Shown here piece after piece: positions 50,995-59,746 of a stretch of 64,000 nt of DNA; the stretch's first letter is position 1; each line of letters opens with the position of its first letter. Source of the DNA: Candidatus Poribacteria bacterium (GTDB lineage: Bacteria; Poribacteria; WGA-4E; UBA9662); the NCBI GenBank assembly GCA_036339735.1, contig JAYZAL010000038.1:32001-96000 (forward strand), given 5' to 3'. The position numbers and the translations under genes are program-made. The notes under the pieces were generated by a model that saw only the letters and a program-made list of their open reading frames with translations, was not told the origin of the DNA and made no database searches.

Positions 50995-51852
50995 TTAATC
51001 GATTTTTTTAAGAGCTTGGCGGTCTTCCTCGATCCACCTTTGCCATAATTCAGATTCGGGAATCGTAGCATCAACCTGACGAGAAAAGATCAGATCGTCA
51101 ATACCGAACATGCGCATTAATCGACGATCATTATTAACTTGAGCCATCCGGAGAATTTTTTTCGTATTGGGACCACTATGATGATCTCGATGGGGTAAGT
51201 AGCTTTTATTGTAGAATCGACTCAGAAAATAACGGGGATCTGTACTGAAATTTGGTGAAGCAGCATGAATCAAAGCGGAATGGATTATAACAACATCACC
51301 TATTTGAGGGTAAATTAGTTGTTCTTTTGTTTGAGCGTGAAACTGTTTTTGTACTAGGTCAAGATTTCGGTGTGAATTTGGTAAAACTCGAAGTGGTCCT
51401 ACATCCTGATCTACATTTTGAAAATAAGTTAGAACATTACAAGCATGAGGAGGTTGATATGATTTTGTTTGACCTACCGATAAAGCCCACATATCCCGAT
51501 GCCAATTTCGCGTTTCGACTTTCACTTGTTTTTTTTCAGCTGGTTCGGTTAGGTTAATTCGTAGGCTTTCCAATTGGATGAAGGGACCCATAAGAATTTC
51601 TAGAAGGCTTAAAATGGAAGCGTTTGTGACTGCCGGCAGCATGACTTCAGGTGCATGCTCCACTAAATTATCTAATACGATTTGTCTACCCAGCCCATAC
51701 TGGGCTGGTCGGTGAATTGGTTCAATTTTCTGAATTAACTGGTGAAAAGTATTCTTCCAAATCTCTACTTCATTCCGACCAATTAAGTCTTCAACTATTA
51801 CATATCCATCCTCACAGAACTGCTGGTAATATTCGTTATTGATTGTTGTCAT
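50995..51852 (-). CDS. PhyH-family Fe(II)/2OG dioxygenase (HRD)
   Basis: EDGYVIV, WHRD, GPLRVLPNSH and LIHAASPN...R motifs. The start is uncertain (51852 or 51978). Confidence 0.85.
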   Translation of the reverse strand: MTTINNEYYQQFCEDGYVIVEDLIGRNEVEIWKNTFHQLIQKIEPIHRPAQYGLGRQIVLDNLVEHAPEVMLPAVTNASILSLLEILMGPFIQLESLRINLTEPAEKKQVKVETRNWHRDMWALSVGQTKSYQPPHACNVLTYFQNVDQDVGPLRVLPNSHRNLDLVQKQFHAQTKEQLIYPQIGDVVIIHSALIHAASPNFSTDPRYFLSRFYNKSYLPHRDHHSGPNTKKILRMAQVNNDRRLMRMFGIDDLIFSRQVDATIPESELWQRWIEEDRQALKKID

Positions 51853-52243
51853 TTCCAGCATAATTGATCCAGTAATCTCTTGGTGTTGTCTTCTAACACT
51901 TTCTATCATAAGAGAGGCCTCATAACGAGTCAACACAAAATGGAAAGTGATAATAACCCAAGTACTCATAAAACTCATTTAACTAAGCATTATATTTGTA
52001 TTTCAAGGTAAGAAACTGGTTGTCAAGTTACCAGAAACAAATAATAGATTTATTACTGTTTATTATTTTTACTCCTAGCTAGCCGGTTGTAGTCATTTTT
52101 ATCAAAACCTAACTTGGACGAGATTCAGTTGCAACTCAAACTTGTCTAATATGCTTTGCTAGTTGTGTTTTTTTATTTACAATTATGACTCTTTTTTTTA
52201 TAATCTCCCATATATGGCTTGAAATCACAGGAGAATAATTCAA

Positions 52244-53059
52244 ATGTTTGAATCTAGGTCAATTGGTGCCTTTATTGGGTACCTATCTATTATTTTGATG
52301 GTTACTAGTACCTCTTTGGCATCTGTCCAAGGAACAGTACTTTTCCGAGCCGATTTTGAAAATGATAAGGGAGATAACACGCTGGCTAAGTGGAAACCAG
52401 ACAGCGATGGGCAAATTTGGGAAATTGCTGATTTTCCTGGTAGTGGTAAAGGATTACTTAATGCGAAAGAAGGTTGTGGTGTTTCAGGTAATACACCATT
52501 ACCCGGTACCGAAAATTTTAGCGACGGTATTATCCAGCTAGACATGTCTTGGCAAGATGATGATAGTTGGGGCATTATCTTCAGAAAGTCAGAAGAAAAA
52601 AAAGGTTATTTGGTTACCTTCGGTTACAATGAAACACCAGCGGTTATTGTTGCTCTTCTAGATGAAGGTTGTGGAGAGACTGGGAAGTGTAACGATCAGA
52701 CCCAATGTGAGAACAATCCCGATAAAACCTTGGGCCAGAAACCACATGGTTTGTTTGAAATCAAAGACGATGGAAAGGGTACTGGAACTCAAGACTTGAG
52801 TGTTGTTTACACTGGTGTTATAGAAGCCAAAGGGGATAGTATCAAGGTTTGGTATCATGAACGAGGTAAACCAAAGGGAGACCCAGTGATTGATATCAAG
52901 GATAACACCCACAAAAAGGGACAAGTTGGCGTCTGGCATGAAAGCCAAGGTAATTGTATGATTGATAATGTTGTAGTACGAACTTTCGATGCCGGGACAT
53001 CAGTCGACGCTGAAAGTAAGCTTGCGACTTCTTGGGCTAGGATCCGTTCGGCATACTAG
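52244..53059 (+). CDS. Secreted lectin-fold (DUF1080/TSP_C-like) protein with C-terminal KLATSWARIR motif
   Basis: Signal peptide, ADFE, DDDSWGIIFR..GYLV, a Cys-rich insert and GQVGVW..IDNVVV. Confidence 0.7.
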   Translation: MFESRSIGAFIGYLSIILMVTSTSLASVQGTVLFRADFENDKGDNTLAKWKPDSDGQIWEIADFPGSGKGLLNAKEGCGVSGNTPLPGTENFSDGIIQLDMSWQDDDSWGIIFRKSEEKKGYLVTFGYNETPAVIVALLDEGCGETGKCNDQTQCENNPDKTLGQKPHGLFEIKDDGKGTGTQDLSVVYTGVIEAKGDSIKVWYHERGKPKGDPVIDIKDNTHKKGQVGVWHESQGNCMIDNVVVRTFDAGTSVDAESKLATSWARIRSAY

Positions 53060-53095
53060 TTTACATACTTCTGTTGTTAATACCGGACTTAGGGA

Positions 53096-53134
53096 AAACA
53101 AAGGCCAGCAACTTAGAGTCGCTGGCCTTTGTTT
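53096..53134 (+). terminator. Stem-loop, probable intrinsic terminator or processing site between the paralogs
   Basis: Perfect 14-bp stem: AAACAAAGGCCAGC (53096-53109) / GCTGGCCTTTGTTT (53121-53134). Confidence 0.7.
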
Positions 53135-53212
53135 AATCCCATAAATTCTGACGGAATAATGGCTAGCCTATAATTTACGTTTAAATAAATTCAATCAGAC
53201 AGGAGATTAGTT

Positions 53213-54022
53213 TTGAAGAAGCAATTTTATATGCTGTTAGTTGCATTAACTTTAGGTTCAATTTTTTCTTCCTATGCTCAAGTAGTCTTTTTTGCTGATT
53301 TTGAGTCGCAAAACAAACCCATCAATAAGGCAGGAAACTACAAAGGACCCGCCGGAACTAAATGGGAAAATTCTGACTTTTTGGCTGCTGGTGGTGGGAA
53401 AAAGGGATTGAAGCAAGCTGCAGAAGGATGTGGTATTTCTGGTAATACCAAACTACCTGGAGTTACTAAATTTACTGATGGGGTCATCCAATGCATTTTC
53501 TCATTTGGAGATGATGATGGTTTTGGTGTCACTTTTCGTAAGAAGGGTGATGATAAAGGCTACTTGGTTGCTTTTGGTTATAACGAGACAACGCAGGTAA
53601 TTATTGGTGATTATGCTAACGGTTGTTGTCCTGACCTCCAGTGCTTGGATCAATGCGGGTGTGAAAATGGTGGTAAAGAGTTGCTCGGTGTAGATCACGG
53701 TCTTGGTGGAGGTCTTCCACAAGATAATAAAACTGCGATGCTTGGTCGAGTTGAAGTACAAGGTCAAAAAATCCGAGTATGGTATAAAAAACTTGCGGAT
53801 GTTAAAGGTTTTAAAGTAGATATGCCCTCTAATAAATTAGGTAAGCCTGTTGCAGAATACAACAAAGCTAACTACCAATCGGCAGGTTCAGTTGGTATTT
53901 GGCATGAAAGCTGGGGACAAGGAATTGTCGATAGCATCTTAGTCACAGGTCCAGGGTTCTTTTCCGTGGATCCCGAGGAAAAGCTAACTACTAGTTGGGG
54001 TTTTGTCAAAGCCGCATACTAA
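53213..54022 (+). CDS. Secreted lectin-fold protein, paralog of 52244-53059, with C-terminal KLTTSWGFVK motif
   Basis: Shares ADFE, EGCG.SGNT.LPG, DDD.G..FRK, KGYLV.FGYNET, DQ..CEN and VG.WHES with the upstream gene. Confidence 0.7.
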   Translation: MKKQFYMLLVALTLGSIFSSYAQVVFFADFESQNKPINKAGNYKGPAGTKWENSDFLAAGGGKKGLKQAAEGCGISGNTKLPGVTKFTDGVIQCIFSFGDDDGFGVTFRKKGDDKGYLVAFGYNETTQVIIGDYANGCCPDLQCLDQCGCENGGKELLGVDHGLGGGLPQDNKTAMLGRVEVQGQKIRVWYKKLADVKGFKVDMPSNKLGKPVAEYNKANYQSAGSVGIWHESWGQGIVDSILVTGPGFFSVDPEEKLTTSWGFVKAAY

Positions 54023-54047
54023 TCCAGATATTTTTCCAACAAAGGCT

Positions 54048-54086
54048 AAAGGGTTTAAGATTTTTTTATTCTTAAGCCCTTTTTTC
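54048..54086. terminator. Likely bidirectional intrinsic terminator
   Basis: AAAGGGTTTAAGA...TCTTAAGCCCTTTTTT between convergent genes. Confidence 0.7.
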
Positions 54087-54103
54087 AGTTTGGTGGTACA
54101 AAT

Positions 54104-54868
54104 TTATTTAATAGAAAAAAGCTTGCGGAAATTTTGGCTGCTAGTTTGTCCAACTGATTCGATAGTCACTTGCCGTAACTCGGCAATTTTTGTGGCGATT
54201 TCGGTAATATAAGCAGGTTCGTTTCTCTTGCCACGTCGAAGTTGAGGTGCAAGCCAAGGGCAGTCAGTTTCGATTAAAAATGAATCTGCTGGCATAACTT
54301 TCACGACTTGTTTGAGATCTTGCGATTTTTTGTAAGTAACGGGTCCACCGATTCCAATATGAAACCCAACATCAATGACTCTGTCCATCGACTTTGTGTT
54401 TTCCGAAAAACAGTGTAAAACACCACCAGTTAGCTGGGGGCGATTTTCTAAGATAGATAGGATATCATCAAAAGCATTTCGGTTGTGGACGACTATCGGT
54501 AAGTCTAATTGTGTTGCTAAATCTAATTGCTCTTCAAAAACTCTTTTCTGCACTGATTTTGGTGAAAGATTTCTATGATAGTCAAGACCCATTTCGCCTA
54601 AAGCTACAACTTTAGGATGTTCTGCCAATAGGGCAATTTCCCTTAAGGTCTGAGGGGTAAATCTTTTTGCATCATGTGGATGAAGACCAACGGTAGCATA
54701 AATGTGGTCGTATCTATCAGCTAATTCCACGGCTAAATGGCTGGTTGAGATATCAAAGCCGACAACTAAAATGATACTTACTTGTGAATTCTTAGCTCGT
54801 TCAATTACCACAGAACGATCGGAATCAAAACGATCAAGCTGTATATGTGCGTGCGAATCAATGAACAT
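54104..54868 (-). CDS. tatD: TatD-family nuclease
   Basis: DSHAH, GLHPH, GEMGLDY, VLHCF, ETDCPWLAP and RNEP motifs. Confidence 0.92.
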   Translation of the reverse strand: MFIDSHAHIQLDRFDSDRSVVIERAKNSQVSIILVVGFDISTSHLAVELADRYDHIYATVGLHPHDAKRFTPQTLREIALLAEHPKVVALGEMGLDYHRNLSPKSVQKRVFEEQLDLATQLDLPIVVHNRNAFDDILSILENRPQLTGGVLHCFSENTKSMDRVIDVGFHIGIGGPVTYKKSQDLKQVVKVMPADSFLIETDCPWLAPQLRRGKRNEPAYITEIATKIAELRQVTIESVGQTSSQNFRKLFSIK

Positions 54869-54873
54869 CCGGA

Positions 54874-55899
54874 TTAGGTACTGTTAGGACTACCCAGGAT
54901 GGCTGTTTTTATTCCTTGACTTTTCTTCACCTGTTCAATAGCCTCTAATCCTTCTGAAATAGGGAAACGATTTGATAGAATTGGTTCTAGTTTAATTTTC
55001 TGATCACTGATCATTTCATGTGCTTGATCTAAGCTCCAACGCGAAAATGCCCAAGAAGCCATGATTTTATGCCCCATGAAGTGAAGTTGCTCCAAATTGA
55101 GCTTGAGATACTGATCGTGTGCAGAAAGACCAAAAAAGTTTAGACATCCTCCTCGACGGACTATTTGAAATGATAGGCCGATAGCGGTTTGGTTGTTATT
55201 GGTCGCCGATATTACTGTATCTGCACCCCCATTTGTTTGTTCTAAGATTTCTTCAGTTTGTTTGGGGGTAAAGGTTGCGACCGCACCTAACCTCTCTGCC
55301 ATTTCCCTCCGTTCGGTAATCGGGTCTACGACTATTGCTTGCAGACCAAGTTGATCAACCAGTTGAGTAAAAATTAGACCAATCTGCCCGGCCCCCAAAA
55401 TAACTACGGATTGATTAAATATTGTTTCCCGCATGGCATTAATACAACAACCAAGTGGTTCCAGAAACATCAGATCAGTAGTTGATACGTTATCGGAAAC
55501 AGTAATTAGTTTACTTGTCTGAATTGCGTGCCGTGGGAATTTAAAATACTCAGCATAACCCCCATCAATATCATGTCCAATACCAACTATTTCTTGACAG
55601 TACTTATCTAAGTCTGCTCGACAATATTGGCAGTCGCCGCAGGTAATCATCGGATTCACAGAAACTTTTTGCCCGACCTTGACTGACGGATGCTTAGTTT
55701 CCACAACTCGACCCGCAACTTCATGGCCAAGAACTACTGGTGGAGAATAATCAGTCACTTCGCCTCGAATTGCGGCCAAGTCAGAAGCACAAACCCCACA
55801 CAAGTCTACCTGAATCAGAATATCGCCGTCCTCCAGTTTAGGGATCGGTTTTTCCTGAATCGAAACCCGATTAGGGCCTTCAAAAACGATTGCTTTCAT
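54874..55899 (-). CDS. Zinc-dependent alcohol/polyol dehydrogenase
   Basis: CASD, GHE, CGDCQYC...C and GAGQIG motifs. Confidence 0.9.
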   Translation of the reverse strand: MKAIVFEGPNRVSIQEKPIPKLEDGDILIQVDLCGVCASDLAAIRGEVTDYSPPVVLGHEVAGRVVETKHPSVKVGQKVSVNPMITCGDCQYCRADLDKYCQEIVGIGHDIDGGYAEYFKFPRHAIQTSKLITVSDNVSTTDLMFLEPLGCCINAMRETIFNQSVVILGAGQIGLIFTQLVDQLGLQAIVVDPITERREMAERLGAVATFTPKQTEEILEQTNGGADTVISATNNNQTAIGLSFQIVRRGGCLNFFGLSAHDQYLKLNLEQLHFMGHKIMASWAFSRWSLDQAHEMISDQKIKLEPILSNRFPISEGLEAIEQVKKSQGIKTAILGSPNST

Positions 55900-55908
55900 G
55901 AGCTATTA

Positions 55909-57195
55909 CTACCACCTAACTGACTGAAAAGTCCAATCAGGAACGATTTTTTGCATCTCAACTGCATCGTTACGCTCAGTTAATCCGCAATCCAGATATT
56001 GCTGATGCAATTGAGCTAAGGCCTTCCGATCCAGTTCTATCCCTAACCCTGGTGAATTAGGAATAGTCAAGGCGCCATCTTCAATAGGTAACCGACCACC
56101 AATAATAACCTCTTCCGATTGCCAAGGATAATGCGTATCGCATGCGTAGGTTAGGTTAGGTATTGCAGCAGCAAGATGACCCATGGCCATCAATGAAATA
56201 CCGACATGGCTGTTAGAATGCATGGAAAGCCCAAGACCGAAAGTTTGACAAATACGCCCTAGTTCAACTGAAGCACGTAATCCACCCCAGAAGTGATGGT
56301 CACTAAGTATAATATCTTCAGATCTCAGCTTAATACTACTCGGAATCGCCTCAAATGAGGTGGTACACATATTGGTTGCCAAAGGAATTTGGACAGCTTT
56401 TCTAACCATAGCCATGTTATCTTGGCCTCGTACAGGATCTTCGTAGTATTCCAGCAAACCTTCCATCTCTCGCCCCCACTTTATGGCTGTATCAACAGCC
56501 CAAATGGCGTTAGGATCCAACCGAAGAGGCATTGCATCTCCAAAAGCTTGTCGCAAAGCCTTAATCGACTCAACTTCTATTTCTGGCTCAAAAGCACCCC
56601 CCTTGAGCTTGATAGAATCAAACCCAAATTCCTGACACATGACTTCAGCTTGCTTGACGATTCCTTTTGGATCTACTGCCTCTGCTTGTCGAGCTTTGGC
56701 CCAACCAGTGGCATTGGGGTCAATATCGAAAGCTAAGTCCCCACCAGCACCTTCATATTTGTAAAATAAGTAAGCCGAAAATGGTACCTGGTCTCTGACT
56801 CGACCACCAAGCAAATCAACAACAGGTCGACCTGTAACTTTTCCCATAACATCGAAGCAAGCAACCTCAATTGCACTGAACACATGGACTAATCGTCTTT
56901 GATCCCAAGGAGTTTCACCACGATTTTCACTTCCTTCTGGTCCAAAATAATCGACCAGCGAAGATTGAATATCGTTAAGTTGAAATGGATCTTTACCAAT
57001 GACTACCTGCCGAGCTGACTCCAGTGCTTTCAAAGTTTTATTGTTTCCTGGAACCTCACCAAGCCCATAAATTTGATCTTCTGTAATTAATTCCAGAACG
57101 ATCCGTAACGCATAAGGAGCATGAAGACCTGCGGCGTTCAGCAGAGGGGGGTCAGCTACTGCAATTGGTGTGACTTTCATATCGGTGATCAACAC
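55909..57195 (-). CDS. Glucarate dehydratase-family enolase-superfamily protein
   Basis: D.PLLN..G.H.PY, KLKGG, LRLDPN, EDP, ATNM, DHHFWGG, MHSNSH and DTHYPW motifs. Confidence 0.88.
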   Translation of the reverse strand: MLITDMKVTPIAVADPPLLNAAGLHAPYALRIVLELITEDQIYGLGEVPGNNKTLKALESARQVVIGKDPFQLNDIQSSLVDYFGPEGSENRGETPWDQRRLVHVFSAIEVACFDVMGKVTGRPVVDLLGGRVRDQVPFSAYLFYKYEGAGGDLAFDIDPNATGWAKARQAEAVDPKGIVKQAEVMCQEFGFDSIKLKGGAFEPEIEVESIKALRQAFGDAMPLRLDPNAIWAVDTAIKWGREMEGLLEYYEDPVRGQDNMAMVRKAVQIPLATNMCTTSFEAIPSSIKLRSEDIILSDHHFWGGLRASVELGRICQTFGLGLSMHSNSHVGISLMAMGHLAAAIPNLTYACDTHYPWQSEEVIIGGRLPIEDGALTIPNSPGLGIELDRKALAQLHQQYLDCGLTERNDAVEMQKIVPDWTFQSVRW

Positions 57196-57226
57196 ATCTA
57201 AACTCCCTAGTATTTAAACTTCTTAA

Positions 57227-57958
57227 TTAAGTAGGCCTGAATGAATTTTTAAGATTGTGTCCCCGTACAATTTTAGCAGCCACTGCCCAACTGTAGTCGG
57301 GGTCTTCGGTTATTGCATCACGATAGGTGGGAATCCAAACCCAACGTTCTCTCTCACAAATGTGTGGATAGCTAGCATGAAGGGTTAAGTCGTGAAAAAA
57401 GACTGCATCGCCGCGAGAGAGTTCAGCTACTACCGCATCTGATTCATCAATAGCGGACGGTCGCACTCTGTGGCCAAAACCGTAATCATCGTCCACGACT
57501 CCGTCATGAACATTGACCTTTCGGTGCGATCCCGGAATTAACTTTAAGCAACCAGAATCGATATCTACATCGTCCAATGCTACCCATAGAGAAATTTTGT
57601 GTTGTCCTCCCCAGTAATGCCAATCTTGGTGCCAAGGGCTAGCAAAGTTGATCATTTCATCTTTGAACACTGCCTTGTCGCTTAAAAATTCAATGTTGGG
57701 TGCTAAAATGACTTCTAGTATGTCCAGAATACGAGCGTCTGTTATAACTTTTTGGAAGATCGAGCTGCCGACAGCTAATCCAACGTAAACTCCATGGTTA
57801 GCAACCTGTTTAGGTTGTTGACTATTAGATTTAGCTTTTTGAATAATAAACTTGCACTCGTCTTTTAATTTTTTCGCTTCATCTGGCTGGAATAGTGCTT
57901 GGACAATAACGAAACCATCCCGTTCAAAATTATGTTGAATTTGTTTAAGATTGGACAT
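57227..57958 (-). CDS. PhyH-family Fe(II)/2OG dioxygenase (canonical HxD)
   Basis: PWHQDW.YW, GCLKLIPGSH and TLHAS...R motifs. Confidence 0.88.
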   Translation of the reverse strand: MSNLKQIQHNFERDGFVIVQALFQPDEAKKLKDECKFIIQKAKSNSQQPKQVANHGVYVGLAVGSSIFQKVITDARILDILEVILAPNIEFLSDKAVFKDEMINFASPWHQDWHYWGGQHKISLWVALDDVDIDSGCLKLIPGSHRKVNVHDGVVDDDYGFGHRVRPSAIDESDAVVAELSRGDAVFFHDLTLHASYPHICERERWVWIPTYRDAITEDPDYSWAVAAKIVRGHNLKNSFRPT

Positions 57959-57980
57959 CTGAAACTAACTTCCTAGTATC

Positions 57981-59096
57981 CTAAGCCGTTTCACTTAGCA
58001 CTAACGTAGTCGATCGATCAAAGATATGAATCTTCTTTGGATCAATTTGTATCCATACTGTTTCACCTGATTTTGGTACAATCGATGGGTGAGTTCTGAC
58101 TCGAAGCAAGACAAATTTGTCAGCTGATACCTGACCCAGCACAATATCAACAATATTAGCAGATCCAAGCGGTTCTACCAAATGAACTTTAGCCTTCAAC
58201 CCGGAGGTTATTGAAGTTGTCGATAAAGAAATGTGCTCTGGTCGAATACCGAATACTAGATTTTCACTGATACTAGGTCGGATCAAGTCAAGATGGTTCC
58301 GTGTGAGTTTAATTGCGAAATTGGTGTGTTCAATTTTTAACTGCTGGCTAGCTGACTCAAAACTACAAGGAAGTAAATTCATAGCAGGATTACCCATGAA
58401 TCCAGCAACAAATAGGTTTTTCGGCCAATTATAAACATCGGTTGGCTTACCGATCTGTTGTAGTTGCCCTTTATCCATGATAGCAATTCGGTCTGCCATT
58501 GACATTGCTTCCACCTGATCATGCGTCACATAAACAGTAGTTGTTCCGAGCTGTTGCTGAAGGCTTTTGAGTTCAGATCTCATATCTACTCGTAATTTGG
58601 CATCCAGATTAGACATCGGTTCGTCCATTAAGAAGGCTTTAGGACGACGTACCATCGACCGGCCAATGGCTACCCGTTGCATTTCACCACCACTCAAAAC
58701 ACTCGGTTTTCGATCTAGAATATGTTCAATACGGAGCATCTGCGCGACATTGATTACTCTTTTCTTAATTTCAGTGGGGTCAACTTTAGCAGCTTTGAGT
58801 GGAAAAGCAATATTATTTTGTACACTCAGATGAGGATAAAGAGCGTAAAATTGAAAGACGAAGGCTATATCCCGATCCGCTGGAGCTAGTGTGTTAACAC
58901 ACCTTGATCCTATGAAGATATCACCTTCTTGCGGGTGTTCTAAGCCGGCAATTGAACGTAGAGTTGTTGTCTTCCCGCACCCCGAAGGCCCCAGCATAAC
59001 CAGAAATTCTTGATCTTCAATCTCAAAGCTAACATTGTTAATAGCAATGACGTTGCCAAATTTTTTAACTACGTTGTCGAGCCGAATTCCCGCCAT
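57981..59096 (-). CDS. Sugar ABC transporter ATP-binding protein (MalK/UgpC/MsiK-like)
   Basis: GPSGCGKTT, YALYPH, LSGGEMQR, YVTHDQVEAM and GIRPEH motifs. Confidence 0.93.
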   Translation of the reverse strand: MAGIRLDNVVKKFGNVIAINNVSFEIEDQEFLVMLGPSGCGKTTTLRSIAGLEHPQEGDIFIGSRCVNTLAPADRDIAFVFQFYALYPHLSVQNNIAFPLKAAKVDPTEIKKRVINVAQMLRIEHILDRKPSVLSGGEMQRVAIGRSMVRRPKAFLMDEPMSNLDAKLRVDMRSELKSLQQQLGTTTVYVTHDQVEAMSMADRIAIMDKGQLQQIGKPTDVYNWPKNLFVAGFMGNPAMNLLPCSFESASQQLKIEHTNFAIKLTRNHLDLIRPSISENLVFGIRPEHISLSTTSITSGLKAKVHLVEPLGSANIVDIVLGQVSADKFVLLRVRTHPSIVPKSGETVWIQIDPKKIHIFDRSTTLVLSETA

Positions 59097-59102
59097 TTCG
59101 AT

Positions 59103-59645
59103 TTACCGTTTGGTATTTTTCCCTCGGCCAAGCAGCGTACTAATACCTCCGACTAGTTTTTCGCCTAAGGTCAAGTTCGGTGAAGTAATAATCGGTGAGT
59201 CTTTGTTGGATGAAGATAAGTTATTGTCTGGTATTTCATACTCAGGAATGTTCTCTGGATCATACCGGTTAGTATTGAACTGTTCTAAATTAGTGATAGC
59301 TTCCTGACAACTAGGATCAATCTGCAAAGCCCGATTCCAATACTCATTAGCAGTAGAGATATCCCCTTTTTGTTGATAAATATTACCAATTTTAGCGTAT
59401 GCCTCAACTAATTCTGGGTCATTCTCAGTCGCTTCCTGAAAACATCTCAAGGCATCTTCAATCCGATCTAAATAAAGGTAGGCACTACCCAAATTATGTA
59501 GAGTTTCAGACACTTTCGGTGCTTTCTCAACAGCCAACTCCCACAGCTCGATAGCCTCGTTTTTTTTTCCTTTCTGCCAAAGTTGAATGGCTTGATCATT
59601 AAAAACAGTCGCTTGCCGAACCTGAGCGTCAGATACTTTTTCCAT
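59103..59645 (-). CDS. Tetratricopeptide-repeat protein
   Basis: About three TPR units (HNLGSAY, AYAKIGNIY, ALQIDP). Confidence 0.8.
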   Translation of the reverse strand: MEKVSDAQVRQATVFNDQAIQLWQKGKKNEAIELWELAVEKAPKVSETLHNLGSAYLYLDRIEDALRCFQEATENDPELVEAYAKIGNIYQQKGDISTANEYWNRALQIDPSCQEAITNLEQFNTNRYDPENIPEYEIPDNNLSSSNKDSPIITSPNLTLGEKLVGGISTLLGRGKNTKR

Positions 59646-59746
59646 CTATGTTTTCTACTACTTTTTTTGTTCAGCCAATATGGTCTAGGCCGATGAAACA
59701 CGCCGAAGATTAACATATTTAGCTAAACGCGTCAATTCAGTGTCGA

